Below, one piece after another: positions 9,850 to 20,819 of a DNA stretch of 64,000 bases (within the stretch, counting starts at the first letter, position 1; every line of letters starts with the position of its first letter). The DNA is from Perkinsela sp. CCAP 1560/9 (Eukaryota > Protista > Euglenozoa: Kinetoplastea): positions 1,116,001 through 1,180,000 of the forward strand of contig CBFFSA010000003.1 of NCBI GenBank assembly GCA_965644495.1, given 5' to 3'. A program made the translations under genes and the position numbers. The notes under the pieces are model-generated. The model was not told the DNA's origin, made no database searches, and worked only from the letters and a program-made list of their open reading frames with translations.

Positions 9850-12800
9850 TCAACTAAGGAAGCCTTCGAGAGATTGTCCAGTGGACTTTTGAACACTGCG
9901 GAGTAGTTGTCGAGCTTGTGTTACAACGAGAGGATCCGATTGCTCCATTATATTTGTAATTGGATTTAGAAGATCGCGGAGAAGAACGCCCATTTCTTCG
10001 CCGACAAATTGGTAGATATTATCAACAACACGCAGCACAGTTCGCTGAACGGCGATCCTGCACAAATCCCTCAGTGAAGGAGAAAATGTCTGATATTCTT
10101 GTACGCTATTGGAGGCTATTTTCAAAAGACTATTCTGAAGCTCACGCCATATCTCGGCTTTGCCGTGTCCCGAACAAAGTGCCATCTGATCCAGCGCGGG
10201 AACTATGTGTTCCGATAATTCCGTGGAAAACCCATTCTCAAGCTTTCGCAGGAATCGTAATTTCACGCTGTCATGTGGCACCCCTTTCAGATACTTCAAA
10301 ATAAAGCTAAGATGCCATGCAGGATTCATAATATGGTGAATCAACGCTGTGCTAAGGTCGGAATGTAGTTCTGGGTTTGTATCTGCAAGATATTCTCCTC
10401 CGCTCTCCGTTTGCGACAAGCGACGTAGAATTTGGGCGCAAGAAATAACACACTGTAATGCAAGATATACACTTTGATAGTGGGACTGAGAAAAGAAAGC
10501 CATCTGTGAACGAATATCCTCATCTTCTGACTCGATAAGGGCCCTTTTTCTTTTTTGATCGCTTGATTTCAAAGAAAAGAGATCCGAGATACATGACCAT
10601 AGCCAGCTATTCTCAATCTGTGTCGACTTAAGAAATGATGAAATTGTTTGCAAGTAGGGCACCAGAAACGTTGTGGAAACATCCTGAAATTTCTGTAGAA
10701 TGGCATATATGAGATCTAATCCCATTTGGACACGTCTTAAATTCGCTACAGTAAATTCGTGTTGTTGCTCACTCATTACTGTGTCACCTACCCCGGAAGA
10801 TACTGCTGCACTATTCGTATCTCTTGCACCAGGTTCTGATCGACGATCAAGCGCGAAACAGTGCATGATGAGCGTTTCGCGTAGAAAAGCCTCGTTATGC
10901 AGAGCAGTACCTTTGGCCATTGTGGCGACAAAAGCATTTATAAGACTCTGCTTGAGTTTCGAGTACATACTATTCGAAATTTTGACACACTCTTCAAACT
11001 CCAAGTCGCTTATGGGCATGCTTGCCGCGATTTGTATTACACTATGGAATAGTGGTTGAACAAGATTGGTTAACTTGAGAGATGTTACAGTTTCGGAATC
11101 CGATTTCTCAATGGTTTGCTTTAGTAGGGAAATAAGAAATATGGCTTGATGAAGATGACAATTTTCGATAGAGACAGTATTGTCCCCTTTGGAGAATAGC
11201 GCAAGTATGATGTGCAAAGAACGAACAATACTTTTCAAAAGAATTCGACTTTCAAGCCGCTGAACTAATTTGAAAAAGTCGTGACGCTCTTTTACTATAG
11301 TTGAATCATCATGATAAGCTCCAAATGACTGAAAAACAAGAAGTGGGCATATGCTACGCTCGCTTGCTAAAATCGCTGTGTTGAATGCATATGATCCAGT
11401 AATGTTAAGAGCAAGACTACATGCCTGCGCCAGTTCGACATTAATTGCACACAGATCACAAAGCTCCACGGATGAAAATATTTTCAGATAAGCTCTAGTA
11501 AGTTTTAAGCGAAGAGGGTCCCTGGTATTAGCTAGAATAGAAGCACTTGTTAACATTAAAGATGAAAGAAGCGGAATGTAGCACTTTCGAAATTTGATTT
11601 TTGTATCCTGAGAAATCAAATCTTGAACCGCGGTTAGCATGTCAGTTGTTACATTACTTGTCCGAGTAATTTCCAATGTGGATGGCGCGACAGATGGCTC
11701 GCATTTTTCAGAAAAAGTGTAAAAGGCCTTCTCTAAAAGGGATAACACGCGCAGTGCTAACTCTGGGAAAGCGTCAACTTCGGTTTTGTCCACGGCTTTT
11801 CCGATGGATTCATTTAGTTTCGCGTGTACAACACTAATTAATTCCCAAAACGCATTTTCAGTGGTGGAAGTCCATATTTCTTTCTCATTTATCGCTCCGT
11901 TACTGTCCTCTCCATTAAGTTCAGATTGCTTGGGTTGCATGGCAAGAGACAAAAGATTGAATGCTGACTCATGAAGCTCAGGATCAAATCGATTCATCAT
12001 AATACTCGACGCTTCAAAAATTGCGGACAATGAACATATCGCAAGAATTGTTTGACTTAGTGTTGTAGAATGAATACCCATTAGTGGTAACGCACGTGTT
12101 GTGGAAAGATAAAGCATCTTCATGCTATTCACGGTTAATTGATTTTGTAGTGGTAGAAGAGACCGAAGGCACGTTACTGTGAAATAAACGACTTCTTCTG
12201 ATTTGCGATCAACAAGACCAATTTCTTTTTTATGCAGCTTGGGGGTGACAGTGTACTCAGTGCTTGTTTTAGATATCCCTGAAGCAAGCACAAGCAAGTC
12301 AAGAATCGAAGAGTATATTTCGGTCTGAACAGATGGATCGTACTTCGCGAGAAAATTCTTTAAGACAGTATCAGTCATATTGTCAGGGTATTGCAGATGT
12401 AAAATCAGTAGGTGCGAAAAGAAGTTCACAAGATTACGACTAGAGATGCACGCAGGACTTATCCAGCCGTGCTCACTGGATAATATGTAGTTCACGTTTT
12501 CAACTGGCAGATTCCCTTGTGAACAAAGACATAAGATGTCTTTCAAGTGAGAAATAGCGCACGAAAGATCTAGAGAGATATGATCATCATACTCATTCTC
12601 TGTGGCATCATTTTCTTGCACAGTGCGGATAAATTCAAGACGTTTATGCGTTGCTTGAACCACTTCGCTAAACAAGCTCGAATTTATTGAAAGAAGCCCA
12701 ATCTTTGATATAATTGAGAAACTATCTTTGGGCCACATACTCCCGAACGCACACCGACCGAACACACGAACTTCCAAAGTTGTCACTTGAATATCTTCAA

Positions 12801-15800
12801 CAATTTCATGTCTTTTCGGCTCTACGAGAAAGCGTTGCAAATCTTTCAGAAGATGTTCCGATACCAATTGCATAAGACCGCAAACTGCGCCGCGGGCTGG
12901 ACAAAGCTGATTGCTTCTCGAAGTATCAGTTAGGGCCCCATCCCAGTGGGAAGACAGCAAAGCACACAAAAAATGAAGTCCATCACAAACAGATTTACCA
13001 CGATCAAGAGAGTGAAGTAGACGAATAAGCCAAGAACAAAAAAGTTTTTCCAAGATTGTGTTGTACTTGACGTAGAGTAAGAAGGATCCTCGAGTCATTT
13101 TCTGACGCAAATCATGAAGCCAATGACTTTCGTTGAATGGCGAGGCTTCAGCGGAAGCTTCACCAGACATTTTAAACAACAGTTGCAGTAATGGCTCAAG
13201 ACTAGCTTCTGATGCCTCTAACACCTTTTTATCGGTCTGGAGCTGATGCTCGAGAAAAAAATACATAAATGTTGCAACGAGGAAGTCAAAAGAAAACGTT
13301 TCGCCAGTAGTTGTGTTTGCTTCATCTGAGTCTTGCTCGTTCCATTCATTTAGCACCTGCGCAGCATCGAGCACCGTATTGGAGGTGTAATCAATTGCAC
13401 ACAGCATGAAGAACATCAAACAACTATTCCGATGTTTTCGCAACCCTTTCCTGCTTACATCATACAAGAGTTTATTCGACATGTGTCCCTCTGACACAGG
13501 ATTAAGAAAGGGAAGTAGATCACGTTGGCCTGAAAAGCTCGCCCTTACTGTAGCACAAATAGATTTCATTGTTTCGGCGAGATTGCTTAGCTCAGTCCTA
13601 TTTGCAGCATTAGTTTTTTCAATGCGAAATAACAAAAGCTTCAGAAAACAAGAAAACCCACTGGAAAGCATAATTGAATCAACGTCATCATTCAAAATTT
13701 TGTCTCCAGCGCTAACGGTGGGATTTAAGCCATACGCATATTTCGTAAGAAGGATTTTCAATGCAGCAACGCTCGACTTTGAAAAAGAACTGTCTTCAAC
13801 GAAAGAAAGTCGAGAAGCTTTCGAAACTACCTTATAAAACTCCGGTTGCGTTTGTAATCGATAAAGAGCTACAAAGGTTGGTACAGCGTACTCAATGTTC
13901 AAGTAAATAGGTCCTGTTTTATTCGGCTCTTGGTCAAGAACATAGCTCAGACCCAACATAACAGCGCGTATTTCACGTGCTTGCGTTAGAACATCGGACA
14001 AAAAACAAGTCGCTTTCCCAGGGATGTTCAAGGGACAACTACCTTTGCCGGATATCCACATGCTTTCAGTGGAAAAATTGGAGTGCCAAACAAGAGCCAA
14101 ATAATCAAAAACCATTAAATTTTCCTTTCGAGATATATCTTTGCTTATCCCGATGTGAATCATGTGCAAGAGCAAATATACGGAGTTCTGATAAAGCCGC
14201 ACAGCATAAGATTTTGCACTGTGGCTTCTTGCGCCGTAAGTTATGCATCGGAGTAGGCCAACAGATAAGTCCGGCTCCACCCGAATTTCATGTGGATTTA
14301 AACTTGTAAGTTGAGAAAATCCACGTCGTAGAAACGAAAGGAGACACTCGAACTGTTTTTGAAAATCCGGAACGTTTGTCATTAAGGCAGTCGCCAACAA
14401 TATTAAGGCTAGAAGCACATTGTTTGAGCACATTTCTTGCTCTTGATTCGAAGTAACGGCTTCTTGGACAACCTCTTGCAAATTCTTGAGGATTCCAGTG
14501 GACACCCAAGATTTTTCTATTGATAGAGCTTGTAGCAGATGTGAACTGAAATAATTCAATGAGTCAAGATCAAGCCGAGAAGCGAAAATTTCATTTTTCG
14601 TATCAGCTTTTGTTGCTAGCAAAGAATCTTTCCACTTGATTGCATTGATCCGAAGTGCGAGAAGGAGCTTCTGGGTCCTGATTCTATCGCAATTTTCTGA
14701 TTCTGATTTCGAAAATGAATTCTTGCTAATCTCTGCAAGTACAGATTCCATTGTTGCTAGCAAAGAGCACCACGGTTCTTCCGTCGTTGAGACCACATCG
14801 CTCTCTACTTGACTCAGACAACATGAAAGACCTTTCAATACCTTGTCAACATTCTCAACATCGGGACCATTGTTCAAAATTGCAGTCAGAATGCTTTTGA
14901 TTTCAATCAAAAGCTTAGCCATGAACCCTGCGCCATCTTCGTCGTCGAAGCTCAAGTACATAAAATTAACAAGCAATGATAAAGCCACATCACGTTGCGA
15001 GTCGTTTGCAGCAGTTTTCCACTTTTGCATTATAACGCTCACCGAAGCTAAACGCAAGTCCCAGTTTGGATGCTCTAATACCCAAATTAAAGGAATTTTA
15101 GCGGACTCTTGTGAAATACTAGCGTACCGAGGATCATCCCCAAAAGCATGGGACAAGGCATTGGCAATTGATAGAGCTTTTTCCAATGAAATTTCTTTAA
15201 ACGCTTTTGACACGAATGCGTCAAACACTGTAGTGTTCCTTGCACGCAAGGTCTTCAACAAATTGATATAGGCAGGGTTTTGAGGTGGCATGTCACAAAC
15301 TGGCTCACTTGCTTCTAGCAAGCTTATGGTGTTATGTAAAAGAGTGACCGTCATTATATGTGCAGGTTCCTCACTTTCTACTGTATCTAGTCGAAGAATA
15401 CCAACGCGAAGAAAATACATCAACACAGTAGAAGTTGTTGTATCCGTCAGAGATGAGTATTGTAACACCGTTTTTAGTACTCTGTAAAACTTCGCTCTCA
15501 GAGCTTCGTGCTGCATTACATTGTGAAAGAGGAACACACTAAATACTGAACCGGATGCCGGAGTGGAGGCAGACCACGGAATATCTTTCCAAAAGTTTTG
15601 CGCCCACGACGCAGCAGTCGGATTAACTCTCGCTGAAACCAAGCTGAGAAGCGTGCCGAAATATAAGCAAACACTATTTTTTTGTTCTTCCATTCTTGTG
15701 CCGTATTCGGCTATACGTTCCATTGATTCACAAATCGAACGACAGCTATCTTCAAATACATCGTTGTTCAGGCTAACTATTTGATTTACTGCAATCATAA

Positions 15801-16560
15801 TTAATAGCGCGGCACTTGACAGTTCGTAATGCTCACCCTGTATACCAGTGTAGACTAACGGTAACATAATGCGTAAAAGTCGTTCATTGGGATCGCGTTC
15901 ACACAGCATAATAGAAATCTCTGTCCAGAAAACAGTGGCGCTTTTGCCCAATGCATTATGCTGTAAGGAATCGCGAATCATGCGATTGACAAACAGTAGA
16001 GCACCCTCATTTTTATTTATGTGTTCTATGAGGGACCGTTGCGGGACTGGCGTGCCAGTTCGGGCATTTTTTTCCAAGAAGCCCCACAATGGTATCGAGC
16101 GCAGAGGTAAGAGCTGTATTAAACGAGCAAACAGAATATGCTGCGAATAAGGCAGCGCACACCGCAACAGATCTTCAGTGTTGTATTTATGCGCGTCAAA
16201 GATTCGAATTATATACTCGAGAACGTAACTCACCGGTGTTTTCAGGAAGTGTTGCGAACACATTACAAGCAGTGAACGAAGGTTATTATTAATAACGTTC
16301 TCAATTTCTGTGGAAAGAACTGACCGGTCAACCTGAATCGAGTCTGCGGTAAATAAGATGCTTTCGTACCGCGCAAAGCGGCGATCAAGTTCTGTGAGAC
16401 CTCGTAGACCACGAATTCCAATATCATGTATTTGTTCAGGTGACATGGCCGAGGCGTCGTTGTCAGCAAAAAGAAATGAAGCACAGCGTCTCAAAGGTTT
16501 TGCCTTATTGGGGAGGGAACCCCCCATAGAGAGGAGCTGCTTTTGTAAATCCGTGGTCAT
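9850..16560 (-). CDS. UTP10: U3 snoRNP protein UTP10/HEATR1
   Basis: N-terminal MTTDLQKQL, ASFLF, LEYIIRIF and LPY; a HEAT-like body; C-terminal EQSDPLV...GQSLEGFL. ATG at 16560. Confidence 0.88.
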   Translation of the reverse strand: MTTDLQKQLLSMGGSLPNKAKPLRRCASFLFADNDASAMSPEQIHDIGIRGLRGLTELDRRFARYESILFTADSIQVDRSVLSTEIENVINNNLRSLLVMCSQHFLKTPVSYVLEYIIRIFDAHKYNTEDLLRCALPYSQHILFARLIQLLPLRSIPLWGFLEKNARTGTPVPQRSLIEHINKNEGALLFVNRMIRDSLQHNALGKSATVFWTEISIMLCERDPNERLLRIMLPLVYTGIQGEHYELSSAALLIMIAVNQIVSLNNDVFEDSCRSICESMERIAEYGTRMEEQKNSVCLYFGTLLSLVSARVNPTAASWAQNFWKDIPWSASTPASGSVFSVFLFHNVMQHEALRAKFYRVLKTVLQYSSLTDTTTSTVLMYFLRVGILRLDTVESEEPAHIMTVTLLHNTISLLEASEPVCDMPPQNPAYINLLKTLRARNTTVFDAFVSKAFKEISLEKALSIANALSHAFGDDPRYASISQESAKIPLIWVLEHPNWDLRLASVSVIMQKWKTAANDSQRDVALSLLVNFMYLSFDDEDGAGFMAKLLIEIKSILTAILNNGPDVENVDKVLKGLSCCLSQVESDVVSTTEEPWCSLLATMESVLAEISKNSFSKSESENCDRIRTQKLLLALRINAIKWKDSLLATKADTKNEIFASRLDLDSLNYFSSHLLQALSIEKSWVSTGILKNLQEVVQEAVTSNQEQEMCSNNVLLALILLATALMTNVPDFQKQFECLLSFLRRGFSQLTSLNPHEIRVEPDLSVGLLRCITYGARSHSAKSYAVRLYQNSVYLLLHMIHIGISKDISRKENLMVFDYLALVWHSNFSTESMWISGKGSCPLNIPGKATCFLSDVLTQAREIRAVMLGLSYVLDQEPNKTGPIYLNIEYAVPTFVALYRLQTQPEFYKVVSKASRLSFVEDSSFSKSSVAALKILLTKYAYGLNPTVSAGDKILNDDVDSIMLSSGFSCFLKLLLFRIEKTNAANRTELSNLAETMKSICATVRASFSGQRDLLPFLNPVSEGHMSNKLLYDVSRKGLRKHRNSCLMFFMLCAIDYTSNTVLDAAQVLNEWNEQDSDEANTTTGETFSFDFLVATFMYFFLEHQLQTDKKVLEASEASLEPLLQLLFKMSGEASAEASPFNESHWLHDLRQKMTRGSFLLYVKYNTILEKLFCSWLIRLLHSLDRGKSVCDGLHFLCALLSSHWDGALTDTSRSNQLCPARGAVCGLMQLVSEHLLKDLQRFLVEPKRHEIVEDIQVTTLEVRVFGRCAFGSMWPKDSFSIISKIGLLSINSSLFSEVVQATHKRLEFIRTVQENDATENEYDDHISLDLSCAISHLKDILCLCSQGNLPVENVNYILSSEHGWISPACISSRNLVNFFSHLLILHLQYPDNMTDTVLKNFLAKYDPSVQTEIYSSILDLLVLASGISKTSTEYTVTPKLHKKEIGLVDRKSEEVVYFTVTCLRSLLPLQNQLTVNSMKMLYLSTTRALPLMGIHSTTLSQTILAICSLSAIFEASSIMMNRFDPELHESAFNLLSLAMQPKQSELNGEDSNGAINEKEIWTSTTENAFWELISVVHAKLNESIGKAVDKTEVDAFPELALRVLSLLEKAFYTFSEKCEPSVAPSTLEITRTSNVTTDMLTAVQDLISQDTKIKFRKCYIPLLSSLMLTSASILANTRDPLRLKLTRAYLKIFSSVELCDLCAINVELAQACSLALNITGSYAFNTAILASERSICPLLVFQSFGAYHDDSTIVKERHDFFKLVQRLESRILLKSIVRSLHIILALFSKGDNTVSIENCHLHQAIFLISLLKQTIEKSDSETVTSLKLTNLVQPLFHSVIQIAASMPISDLEFEECVKISNSMYSKLKQSLINAFVATMAKGTALHNEAFLRETLIMHCFALDRRSEPGARDTNSAAVSSGVGDTVMSEQQHEFTVANLRRVQMGLDLIYAILQKFQDVSTTFLVPYLQTISSFLKSTQIENSWLWSCISDLFSLKSSDQKRKRALIESEDEDIRSQMAFFSQSHYQSVYLALQCVISCAQILRRLSQTESGGEYLADTNPELHSDLSTALIHHIMNPAWHLSFILKYLKGVPHDSVKLRFLRKLENGFSTELSEHIVPALDQMALCSGHGKAEIWRELQNSLLKIASNSVQEYQTFSPSLRDLCRIAVQRTVLRVVDNIYQFVGEEMGVLLRDLLNPITNIMEQSDPLVVTQARQLLRSVQKSTGQSLEGFLS

Positions 16561-16708
16561 GGTCCAACACACGCAATAGGAATAAATAAATAATTTCTAT
16601 ACAGCAACAATAAAGGTGAAGATGTATTTAAGATTTTTAATTCTATATTAAATTAAATTCTATATTATATTTTGACCCCCCGCTCCTACCTATTTAAGAT
16701 AGGCTTTA

Positions 16709-17794
16709 TTGACGGATAACACTATGGATAATCTATTTAAGGATAAAATCGACTTTTCCACATCGCCGTGGTACCAAATCGGGAAAGGCTCCCTCACATC
16801 AGCATCAGCTGGCGATTATCGCCAAAAAGAACGCGGAAATCTCTTCAATCTGGGACATAAAGATGGAGTGCCCTCAGACCTCACAGGAGGTCGAGGAACA
16901 TCGCCCAGCGAGCACCGCCAGGGCTTTTGAGGCCGACTTCTCCAGGGCACAAGACGACATTATTTCTCAATGGTTCACCTTACTCTGCCAGGACACTAGG
17001 CGGGAACATAGGGAAAATTAATCGAGGATAGGGCACATCTGTGCCACGCATGCGGGCTAGTTTTCATGGACCAGCGAATGATTACGGAACACAAATTCGT
17101 CCACGAGCACGCGGCGGCCCGTGCAACCGCCCACATTCTCGAGGAGCATAACGCGTGGCTGGGCGAGTTTCAGCGAATCGCTCATTTAAACGGACCTTAT
17201 GCAGGGCCCCCGGAGAGCGGGAACATCGTAGACCCGCCACCGCCTCCTAAGGCTGACACCCCTCCTATACGGCCACTGTTGTGGGGAGCACACGGCTCAT
17301 CGGCGAAGCCCCTTCCCGTCCCCCTGCCTCTCTCCCTCCCGAACTGAGGGAAGAGGAATGGGTCAGGGTAAACCTGAATCTGGGGCCCCTCGTCATGGGT
17401 CGTATCCTGGTTGTGGTGCCCCCCGGATGCCTCTTCGTGGTCTGGTGCACGTAATGGGCCTCATGTTCGGGGTCTCGCCGGACCGCGTGTGTCTCACCAA
17501 CGAACTTGGAGGCCCCTGGAGACGAACGAGGACTTGGGCGCCTCGGCCGACATGTGGGCAACCCTGCTGGTCCCTCACAATGACTTGCATCCTTCCATCA
17601 TGTAAGGGTGTTCGACCGATGGCTCATGCATCAGAACGGATGCCCCGATTCCCGCGCAGAATATCCCTTTCTTCCTGTTTCGCTCGCTCGCTTTAGCACA
17701 CCGCCTCGCATGTGCCTGGACCCTGTTTGAGGTTGACGCCGGGTCAGTGTGCTGGTGCATCCTCTGAGGGGTTATTTGTCTGAGGGGTTATTTG
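16709..17794 (+). pseudogene. Degenerate antisense reading frame with C2H2 zinc finger; probable retroelement relic
   Basis: ORFs 16709-16930 and 17066-17347 are in the same frame, separated by stops. CHACGLVFMDQRMITEHKFVH (starting 17042) fits C-x2-C-x12-H-x3-H. The region is GC-richer than its flanks. Confidence 0.55.
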
Positions 17795-18057
17795 CCGACT
17801 CCGTGCCACTCCGCGGTTATACCATGCAGCAATGAACCATTCAAAGCTTCAAAAACAAACTTCGTACAAAGATACGAAGCACGACTAAACTCAAGGGAAA
17901 TAATAAGCATGGTACTACTGAGCACTAGGCACATTGTCATAGTTTCGAAACATTGCGACATCCACAATTCAGCATTCTACTTCATACCAATGCGAATGCA
18001 TTCATGCCAATCTACATGCATCATAGTACTTATCAATCCCAGTCTGATGCAGTAATG

Positions 18058-19077
18058 TTAAGGTTCCGTCTCACTGGCCCTCCAGCTAGCCACAGTCTCC
18101 CATTCTCCTGATTCTGGATCCTCTTTGAGACACACGATCCTTTGGTCTTGTAACGTAACACTTAGAATAGTTCCGACGTTAGACCACGCCACTCGTAGGG
18201 CAGCTCCCGGAACTTCTCTTCCCTCAGAAAGAACAGTTTTATCCGCTAATTCCGGACAATTTATTGACCTTTGCGTCCAACGAGAATCATTTGCGTACTG
18301 CATCCATATTCTAACTCCACTTACACCCGCAAGAGCGATGTAGCTGCACGGCAGCCCTACGTTGGGGGCCCATGCGACGTCTAACCAAGGAGCCCATCCT
18401 AAATTTTGTTCATCTCTCAGCTCATGATCGATCAACCACTGTGCATTCGATGCGTTTCCTTTCCAGATTCGCGCGCACGACTCGTTGCCACATGAGACGA
18501 AACACGCTGGAACAACTAGAGAGGCATCAATGCCGCTGGATAGTAGGCCATCGCTCGTGCTTGGTTTCAGTGGTAAGGAGTGCAACCGATTTGGTGGCAT
18601 ATCGGGAGACCACGATAAAGAAGTACAGCCATCTTCGTGAGCCATAAAACTTGACTGCAGCCATCTATTGTTTTTATCATATCGCACAACATTTATCTCA
18701 CCAGAAGTAAAGGAAATCGCAAGAAGCGTACCAAACCCTTGTGGAGCCCAACTAACGCATGTGGCTGGTCCATTTGATAGGGGGAAAGACATGTCAATGG
18801 ACCAAGTTGTGCTACCAGAACCGGTATTCTCCCTGTACAAAAAGAATTGGTCGGAACAAGCGGCAATGAAATGAATTTTCAAAGATCGGTGATAATACCA
18901 CTCCATGCACGTGACATGTGGTTCTCCTGAGCGAGTTAATATGCTTTGCTGCAAGAGATTTTGGTTCCTGGATTTATACTCGATATCGAGCAAACATACG
19001 TGCAGGCTGCCATCGGAATAAGCGACAGCAACTCGCTTACGAAAGGGGTCAGGCGCAAATTCGCACACGCTATACAT
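18058..19077 (-). CDS. SEC13: SEC13-like WD40 protein
   Basis: AHEDGCTSLSWSP, DVAWAPNVGLPCSYIA and RVAWSNVGTILSV...ESGEWE match Sec13 blades. Confidence 0.8.
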   Translation of the reverse strand: MYSVCEFAPDPFRKRVAVAYSDGSLHVCLLDIEYKSRNQNLLQQSILTRSGEPHVTCMEWYYHRSLKIHFIAACSDQFFLYRENTGSGSTTWSIDMSFPLSNGPATCVSWAPQGFGTLLAISFTSGEINVVRYDKNNRWLQSSFMAHEDGCTSLSWSPDMPPNRLHSLPLKPSTSDGLLSSGIDASLVVPACFVSCGNESCARIWKGNASNAQWLIDHELRDEQNLGWAPWLDVAWAPNVGLPCSYIALAGVSGVRIWMQYANDSRWTQRSINCPELADKTVLSEGREVPGAALRVAWSNVGTILSVTLQDQRIVCLKEDPESGEWETVASWRASETEP

Positions 19078-19543
19078 GTAAAAATAAAGTTATGCGTGGA
19101 AATTAATTTTGTAAGGTATTTTTATGTTACATACACTTCTGTTCTACTGTTAAAAGGTCGAATGTTTAAATCGTAGCGTCTCGTAATTTGTGTCTATCCT
19201 TTCTAGCTAAATCACGCAAGGATTATAGTTCCTAGTACCGTGCTATGATCAGGGTTCGACTTTCCGGTGGAATATGCTGATTCGGGAGAACTTCTCAGAA
19301 GAGGAAGCCAGTTATCTCTTGGCCATTAAGGAAAAAACTGAAAATGTTTTTAGGGTGGGCAAAAAAAAGGCGGGGTTTTCGATGAAAATTTTAAGGTCTC
19401 GGAAGAAAAAATTAATGATTTTTAATGTTTTGGCCATTTGTTTTGACTGCCAAAAGTCAATGGAGCTACCATTTTTTTTGGCTCGCAGCTCTCGTAATCG
19501 ACTGGGAAGACTGTTTAAAGTATCGATTACTGATCTTTTTTTA

Positions 19544-20604
19544 CTGTGCCCCCCCCACTTATAGTGCCGCGGTTTTCGACCAAACGGCACTATAAGTGGG
19601 GGGGGTAGCATGTTTCAGGTCGAGGGTGAAAATTTTTCCACCCTCAAAAAAAAAAAGCGCGCCGCTCTTCTTTCTATTACTGTGACCCCCCCCTTATACT
19701 TCGCCCATTTTGAGCAGTAACGAAGTATAAAGGGGGGGTCTGAATTTTTTCCCCGCTGTAAAAAGAAAGCCGCCCCGCTTCGCGGCGCAGCTCATCCAGT
19801 TTTCCTGTCTTTCCTTTTATACATATATAACCTTCCATTTCTAGAAGGAAAGGTATAGAATGTTCTTGTTTTTTCTAAAACCTTTAGAAAAATTACGAAA
19901 AAATTACGAAAAAATCGTCCCCCCTTCAGGGGGGGGAACACAAAAAACGAAGTATAAAAGGGGGGTCTGACCAGCGAAGTATAAAGGGGGGGTCACAGTA
20001 TGTAGTTTTGAGTGCCTAAGCGCTGTAAATCGTGTTTATGCTCCAGTGCTGCGCATGTGCAATCGTGTGATGGGATGTTCAGGGGGGTGCAATAATGCGC
20101 AAAAGATGTCTGGATGAGTAATGTGTGGCAGAACACGGTGAAATAATTCCATGAAGTACGTGACTCGATTCTAGAGATCCGAAAGAGAAATCTACAAACT
20201 GTAAACCCGAATGCCCCCTAACACTCATGGCGCGTTTACAGAGCAGGGCGACATTTCGCCTTCCCCGGACAGTCTGGCCCAGCTCCTTGAGAGGGGCTAG
20301 CTGCGTACACTATACGCAGTCCAATGTCCTGCGTGGAAGGGCCACGAGTGTGCGCTTTGTCCGGCGCCTCGTTTTCGTGAGAACCAGCAGTCATGGAATG
20401 TATGAAGGGAACTAATAATAAAGTCTCAATGATTTCCATAAATGAAAATGTTAGAAATTTACAATATATTTACTCCACCTTTTTGGTCAAAAAAGAATTG
20501 GTCAATTTTTTTTTCGGACATTTTTTTCCAAAACGGCACTATAAGTGGGGGGGTACCCCGCGGCACTATAAGTGTCGGGGGGGCATAAGTGGGGGGGGGC
20601 ATAG
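19544..20604. mobile_element. Outer MITE (TIR CTGTGCCCCCCCCACTTAT), TA-flanked
   Basis: TA|CTGTGCCCCCCCCACTTATAGTGCC ... ATAAGTGGGGGGGGGCATAG|TA, with four GGCACTATAAGTG subterminal motifs. Confidence 0.8.
19680..19998. mobile_element. Inner nested MITE (TIR CTGTGACCCCCCC...TATACTTCG), TA-flanked
   Basis: TA|CTGTGACCCCCCCCTTATACTTCG ... CGAAGTATAAAGGGGGGGTCACAG|TA, with four CGAAGTATAA motifs. Confidence 0.88.
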
Positions 20605-20819
20605 TATTTTTTTATTTCTGCTTACCTGGCCTCGTTCAATAGATATTCCGTTGGCTTAACAATGTCGATCTTTAACTGAGACCGAGCTTTGGGGCGAAGG
20701 TTCGCATGGGTGTAATCATCCACGTTTTGCGCTGTCTTACGCAAAAATCTAACTTCAGAAGTTTTTATTTCCTTGGCCATAAGAAAGGGGGTATCACAGT
20801 ATCATTCTGGTCCGGAAAT

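Noticed and set aside
19200-19275. GGTTCGA T-loop-like word suggesting a tRNA (also near 60973)
   Set aside because: No cloverleaf stems can be built around either occurrence.
19544-20604. CRISPR-like or telomeric reading of the repeated motifs
   Set aside because: Mixed orientation, only four copies each, no unique-spacer array, no cas genes, eukaryotic context and no TTAGGG arrays.
19274-20659. Short ORFs containing RHYKWGG repeats
   Set aside because: Translations of MITE subterminal motifs.
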